From Terrimicrobiaceae bacterium (GTDB taxonomy: Bacteria > Verrucomicrobiota > Verrucomicrobiia > Chthoniobacterales > Terrimicrobiaceae), in NCBI GenBank assembly GCA_041752695.1, contig JBGSVZ010000117.1, positions 1 to 49,484 on the forward strand: a DNA stretch of 49,484 nt, read 5' to 3'. Position 1 is the stretch's first letter. Every line of letters starts with the position of its first letter. The notes below the pieces were generated by a model. That model was given only the letters and a program-made list of their open reading frames with translations. It ran no database searches and was not told the origin of the DNA. Of the stretch, positions 45,132 through 49,484 are shown one piece after another. Made by a program: the position numbers and the translations under genes.

Positions 45132-48100
45132 TCAGAGCTTGCCGATGAGGTTGATGAAGAATCCGCTGTCGTCGAGGGACTGATCGCGCAGGTCGTCCGA
45201 GAAACGTCCGAAATTGTAGCCGAGGCCCACCTTGAGGTTCTCGCCGACATGCCTGTAGACGGCGGTCAGCACGCCGAAGTCGGAACTCGTTCCGCCGTCG
45301 GTCAAGAGCACGCGGGTTTCGAGAAGGGCATCCCAGTTCTGCACCACATGGAAATCGGCGCGTAGGATGCCGAGATGGGCATCGGCGTCCTCCCAGTCTC
45401 CAGCACCATCGTCGTCGCGGACCGAGCTGATGCGGAAACCGTATTTCGCGCCCAGCGTGAGCTTGGGGATGAGATCGTAGCTGACATCGCCCGAGAAGAT
45501 GTGGCTGATCTGCTGCGTGCCGTCGTCGGTTCCGTTGATGGTGACCTGGTCGGCACCCGGCAGGTCATGGAGGAACGTGTACTTGATCAATGCGTTCAGG
45601 CGGTCGCTGTCGGCAGCGCGGTAGGCGAAGCCCGCGGAGGCCTCGACATATTCGCCCGCCCGCGTGGTCTCTGAAGCGTCGGCAAAGACGGCATCACCGC
45701 TGGCGATGAAGCGCCAGTCGTCCGACATCATCAAGTTGATGCCCGCGGAGACGAGGTATGTCGTCACGTCCCCTCCGCCGTCATCCGGATTGTCGTGCCG
45801 GAACTCGCCCTTGAGACGCGCGGCCGCGTTGTCATCGATGCGGTAGCCGACAGAGCCCGAGACGGCCGTGCGCTCAAGGCTGTAGGCCGTCGAGGAGTCG
45901 GTCGCATCGAAGACCATGCCGGATTCGATGCCGCCGCCCAGCGTCCAGCGCGCATCGGGCGTATAGGTCACGCCATAGGCTTGCGTCACCGTCTGCTGCT
46001 CGCCGAAGATGCCCATGCGGTTCTCGCCATAGACGGTGGTGTATTCGTTGAAGCGGCGCTTCGTGCCCGCCACGATGGAGCCGAGATCGTCGCCGACCGC
46101 ATCGCCGGCCGGGAAATCCGCAAAATCGTTGCGGTCGGGATCGAGACGGTAGCCGAGGTAATAGTGGTCGTCCGCCGTTGGCTGATAATCGAGCGTGGCG
46201 AGGCCTCCGAGTCCGGAGGTTCCTTCCGAGATTTCGCCGAGGAGCGAGATCTTCTCCGTGAGCCTGGTGCTGCCGCCGATCCCGACGCGGTCGTTGCGGT
46301 CGCGTCCGCCGGTGACGCCGAGTGTCGCCTGGCCCAGCACATAGACCATGCGGTCCTCGTTCCAGCGATAGGCCACGCGGCCGCCCGCATCGGTGCGCGA
46401 GCCGTTGTCGCCGTCATTGCTTGAGCCCGAGCGCTCGCTGTGCTTCACGCCGGGTTCGATCGTCCAATGCTCGTCGAGCCTGATGGTGCTCTGGATGAAG
46501 GCTTCGCGGTTCAGGTAGCCATTGTCTTCACTGTGCTCGTCGAATCCGGCCCCGACCGTCACCTGCTGCGATGCGTCGATGCTGGCGCGGACACCCCAGT
46601 CCTGCTCGTCGTCGTCGATCTGCCGGTCGAGCGTCGAGAAGCCCTCGCCGAAATGTTCGTAGTAGCCTTCCAGCCGTCCCTGGAATTCGCCGGCCGTCAG
46701 TTCGCCAAGATCGGCCTGGGCGCGGACGCGGTAGGCCGGTATCAGGCCGCCATCGGTGCCGGTCGAGTCGATGTCCGAAATCGTCACGCCGCCATCGGCC
46801 GAAAGCGAACTGCCGAAGCCCGGCCCGCGTGCGCCTGCGATCTCCGCCTCGATGAAAGTCTTGTCGGAGCGGCGGATGTGAATGTCGGCGCCGATGTTCT
46901 GCTGGTCAGCCCTCCCGGTCTCCTCCGACATGGCGGTGACGCCGACCCGCACATTGTCGCCCAGCCATTGCTGTGCGCGGCCGCCATAGGCATAGCCATC
47001 GACGTCGTCCGACGCAGGCGTGAACTCATAGTTGGCGACGAGATAGACGAGGTTTCCGCCGAGCGCGCCGTCGCGCACCACTTCGCCATCGGAGGTGGTT
47101 GAAGAGAGCGGTTCCTTCAGCAGGACGACGCCCTGCACATAGTCGATCTCGTAGTCGGACCCGTATTGCAGGGTGCGGCGTTCGAGCACGCGGCCCGTGA
47201 CGCTGTCGCGAATCTCGACGGTGAGCGTTTCGGACCCCGTCGTGATGTCCTGGTAGGTGAGGAAATAGGCCGACCCGCCGGTGCCGCGCAGTTCGTCGCG
47301 CTGCGGCAGGGTGCCGGGCTGGGCCGCGTAGAGGCTCACCGAGGTCTGACGTTCGCCCGATGCCGTGACCTTGTCGGGGCGATAGGCGGCGCTGGCGCCA
47401 TAGAGCGCGCGCTGGTTGCGGAGGAATTCGGAGCCTGTGACAGCGGCCTTGAAGTTGCCCCACATGACATGGCTGTCGCCGCGCTCGAGCCGCACATAGA
47501 ACTTGCCGCGTGTCGGCGCGTCCTCGATCAAGGTCGAGTCGTCGCCGTAGATCGGATAGTAGTCGTCGGGATCGAGGCGCCGCAGGAATTGCCGAGCGTC
47601 CTTGGCGTCGACGCCCTGGAACAGGTTGCCGAGTTCGTCGCCTCTGGTGTCGGCGGCGGCGGTCAACAGATATTGTCCCTTGATCTTGCCCTTCAAGTAA
47701 TAGGCAAGGCGGCCCTGCGTATAGACGCTGTCAAACTCGCCCGGCCGCACATCCTCGATATGGTTCGAACCTGTGCGGTAGCCCGCCGTGACGTCGGCAA
47801 GAGCCACGTAGAACCATTCGTTCTCGGGGATGTTGATGCCGCGGTTGAAGGTGAGCCCTTCATTCGTCGCGCTCCTGACCGCGACATCGATGTCATGCTC
47901 GCCCGATGGCAGGACGCGCTGGACGACGAACTGGCCTTCGGCATCGACCGGTACACTCTCGCCCAGCACCGTGACCGTATGGCCCTCCGGCACATTGCGG
48001 CCGAAGACCGTGACGACGCCGCCGGTGATCTGGATGTTGCGGACCTCCGTGCGGTCCTCACCAGAACCCGGCGAGATGGCAATGTCGGCAGGCTTGTGGT

Positions 48101-48731
48101 CCTTCAGGTCGCGGGTCGTGCGCGCCAGCGTCAGCGGCCGGGTCTCGTCGAAGCGGCCTTCGCGATCATAGACGCGCATCACGTAGACGAACTCGGACGG
48201 ACCATCCTCGGGCAAGTTCCAGGTGGCTGTGCCTTCTGGTGATACGGGGATCTGGAGCAGGGGGCCATCGCGCCTGTCGCGGCTGGCGTCATAGATCAGC
48301 AGTTCCTGCCGCGCGATCCATGCGGCGTAGTTGGTGGTGGCGAGAAACCGGATCTCTTCGCCGGCCTTGTAGGCCTGCCGGGGTGGAACGGTTGAGACAT
48401 TGAGCACCGGCCTGACGCCGAGCCCGTCGAACTTCACCTGGATGTCGACGCTTTCGAGATCGACGTCGGTCTGGCGCTGGCGGTCGACGGGACGCTCCGC
48501 GCCGGCCACGGGCTCGCCATCGACGCTGATCGAGAAGGGAAGGCCGGCATCGTCCGCAGGCGTCTCGCGCTCCGTGTTGTCGCCGGGCGTTGCGGCGGCC
48601 ACGCTGGTTTCAAGTGACACCTTGCCCGGCGCGGAGGTCGTCTCCTGTGCTGATGCGGTGTTCACAGTGAGCGGCACGGAGAGGGCGAGCGCCATCAGCA
48701 GCGAGGTGCTGCGCAGGAGGCGGATGCTCAT
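45132..48731 (-). CDS. Large outer-membrane beta-barrel protein (family often labelled OmpA/MotB-like or TonB-dependent receptor), partner of a DUF11-type protein
   Basis: Signal peptide from MSIRLL; GRLAYYLKGKIKG, DPDDYYPIYGDDST, long amphipathic beta-strand region, terminal GYNFGRFSDDL...FFINLIGKL. Alternative start at 48800. Confidence 0.8.
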   Translation of the reverse strand: MSIRLLRSTSLLMALALSVPLTVNTASAQETTSAPGKVSLETSVAAATPGDNTERETPADDAGLPFSISVDGEPVAGAERPVDRQRQTDVDLESVDIQVKFDGLGVRPVLNVSTVPPRQAYKAGEEIRFLATTNYAAWIARQELLIYDASRDRRDGPLLQIPVSPEGTATWNLPEDGPSEFVYVMRVYDREGRFDETRPLTLARTTRDLKDHKPADIAISPGSGEDRTEVRNIQITGGVVTVFGRNVPEGHTVTVLGESVPVDAEGQFVVQRVLPSGEHDIDVAVRSATNEGLTFNRGINIPENEWFYVALADVTAGYRTGSNHIEDVRPGEFDSVYTQGRLAYYLKGKIKGQYLLTAAADTRGDELGNLFQGVDAKDARQFLRRLDPDDYYPIYGDDSTLIEDAPTRGKFYVRLERGDSHVMWGNFKAAVTGSEFLRNQRALYGASAAYRPDKVTASGERQTSVSLYAAQPGTLPQRDELRGTGGSAYFLTYQDITTGSETLTVEIRDSVTGRVLERRTLQYGSDYEIDYVQGVVLLKEPLSSTTSDGEVVRDGALGGNLVYLVANYEFTPASDDVDGYAYGGRAQQWLGDNVRVGVTAMSEETGRADQQNIGADIHIRRSDKTFIEAEIAGARGPGFGSSLSADGGVTISDIDSTGTDGGLIPAYRVRAQADLGELTAGEFQGRLEGYYEHFGEGFSTLDRQIDDDEQDWGVRASIDASQQVTVGAGFDEHSEDNGYLNREAFIQSTIRLDEHWTIEPGVKHSERSGSSNDGDNGSRTDAGGRVAYRWNEDRMVYVLGQATLGVTGGRDRNDRVGIGGSTRLTEKISLLGEISEGTSGLGGLATLDYQPTADDHYYLGYRLDPDRNDFADFPAGDAVGDDLGSIVAGTKRRFNEYTTVYGENRMGIFGEQQTVTQAYGVTYTPDARWTLGGGIESGMVFDATDSSTAYSLERTAVSGSVGYRIDDNAAARLKGEFRHDNPDDGGGDVTTYLVSAGINLMMSDDWRFIASGDAVFADASETTRAGEYVEASAGFAYRAADSDRLNALIKYTFLHDLPGADQVTINGTDDGTQQISHIFSGDVSYDLIPKLTLGAKYGFRISSVRDDDGAGDWEDADAHLGILRADFHVVQNWDALLETRVLLTDGGTSSDFGVLTAVYRHVGENLKVGLGYNFGRFSDDLRDQSLDDSGFFINLIGKL

Positions 48732-48803
48732 GTCGATGGCCCGCAGGTCATCGCTCCGGGCGTCCGGGGCTGTGGTGATCGGCTTGGTTTCGTCAGTCAT
48801 TGA

Positions 48804-49484
48804 CTACTCCTCACCGATCACGCGGGTTTCGATGGGCAGTCGGTAGGAGCCGTCGCGCTTCTTCCATTCCTTCGCGATGAGCGCGCTGATCGCCTTGAGG
48901 CGGTTCCGGACCAGGGCCTTTCCTTCTCCCGCCGCATGGTAGGTGATGCGCAGGGTGGAGGGTTCGCCGACGAGCACGCCGATCAGTTGCGCGATGCCGT
49001 CTCGCCACTTCCGGCTCAGGTCGTTCGAGCCCGCCTCGAAGGCGTCGTCGCGCAGGTCGAGGCGCACGACGCGGGTGATGGCGGCGCCGAAGTTCAGTTT
49101 GGTGATCTTGCCGGCGGTGAGCCGCACGTCGCGCGGGTTCTCGGTCGTCAGGCGGTAGCCGGTTGGCAGCGTCCGCGTGTCGAGCTTCATCAGGAAGTTG
49201 GAACCGATGCCGGCGGCGGGCAGGTCGGCGCAAGTGACGTGGAAGCGGCCATGCTTGTCGGTGGTGACGAGCAGGCCCTTGACCGTCGCCACGCGCACGC
49301 CGGGAAGGCCCGGCTCGCCATCGTCCTGGTAGCCGTTGCGGTTCTTGTCGTCGAAGACGCGGCCGATCACTTCGCCGCAGTCGAAGACATGCTCGGCGAG
49401 CACGGTGACAGTCGCGCGGGCGGTGGCCACGGTGGCGCCCGATGTCTCGTCGATGAATTGCGCCGTGTTGGTGTGGCTGCCGGT
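48804..49484 (-). CDS. 3' part of a large DUF11/SdrD-B-like secreted protein (starts off the window)
   Basis: The frame is open to the window edge; FDCGEVIGRVFDDKNRNGYQDDGEPGLPGVR...KLDTRTLPTGY. Confidence 0.8.
   Translation of the reverse strand, partial: TGSHTNTAQFIDETSGATVATARATVTVLAEHVFDCGEVIGRVFDDKNRNGYQDDGEPGLPGVRVATVKGLLVTTDKHGRFHVTCADLPAAGIGSNFLMKLDTRTLPTGYRLTTENPRDVRLTAGKITKLNFGAAITRVVRLDLRDDAFEAGSNDLSRKWRDGIAQLIGVLVGEPSTLRITYHAAGEGKALVRNRLKAISALIAKEWKKRDGSYRLPIETRVIGEE

Noticed and set aside
1..49484. CRISPR arrays, tRNA/rRNA genes, integron cassettes, defence systems
   Set aside because: I saw no regularly spaced repeats, cloverleaf-like sequences, attC arrays or recognisable defence genes by eye; a covariance-model search was not possible.

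Overview
Most of the window (about 141-42860) is a carbohydrate-utilisation region of Verrucomicrobia-like character. The taxonomy is inferred from the PEP-CTERM proteins, the pilin-like protein, the many LacI/XylR regulators and a verrucomicrobial-type C-terminal domain. It encodes GH31, two GH36-like enzymes, a GH63-like enzyme, GH29, GH10, a 1821-aa GH2, a BNR-4 propeller protein, a heparinase II/III-like lyase candidate and an MFS transporter with a ~390-aa extracytoplasmic insertion. It also encodes five PEP-CTERM-type proteins, one intact and one decayed prepilin-like gene, and six intact regulators plus one LacI pseudogene. No SusC/SusD, TonB-dependent receptor or ABC solute-binding protein is visible. 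Instead, a small surface-protein gene (pilin-like or PEP-CTERM) repeatedly sits at a divergent promoter, usually opposite a regulator, and often heads the sugar operon. A shared 16-bp LacI-type palindrome (ATTCANACGTTTGAA-like) links several promoters. Three internal duplications can be read directly from the sequence: a decayed pilin/LacI divergon, a GH2 C-terminal domain repeated as a stand-alone secreted protein, and a ~0.9-kb tandem duplication that created an anchorless PEP-CTERM paralog. The window opens inside the left end of an IS66 element. After a C22-G7 homopolymer at 42860-42888 the sequence switches to Alphaproteobacteria-like DNA (recombinase-type fragment, SDR-TPR chimera, DUF11/outer-membrane barrel pair), which may be an island or a chimeric assembly. 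All family calls are from motif recognition by eye; no searches were run.
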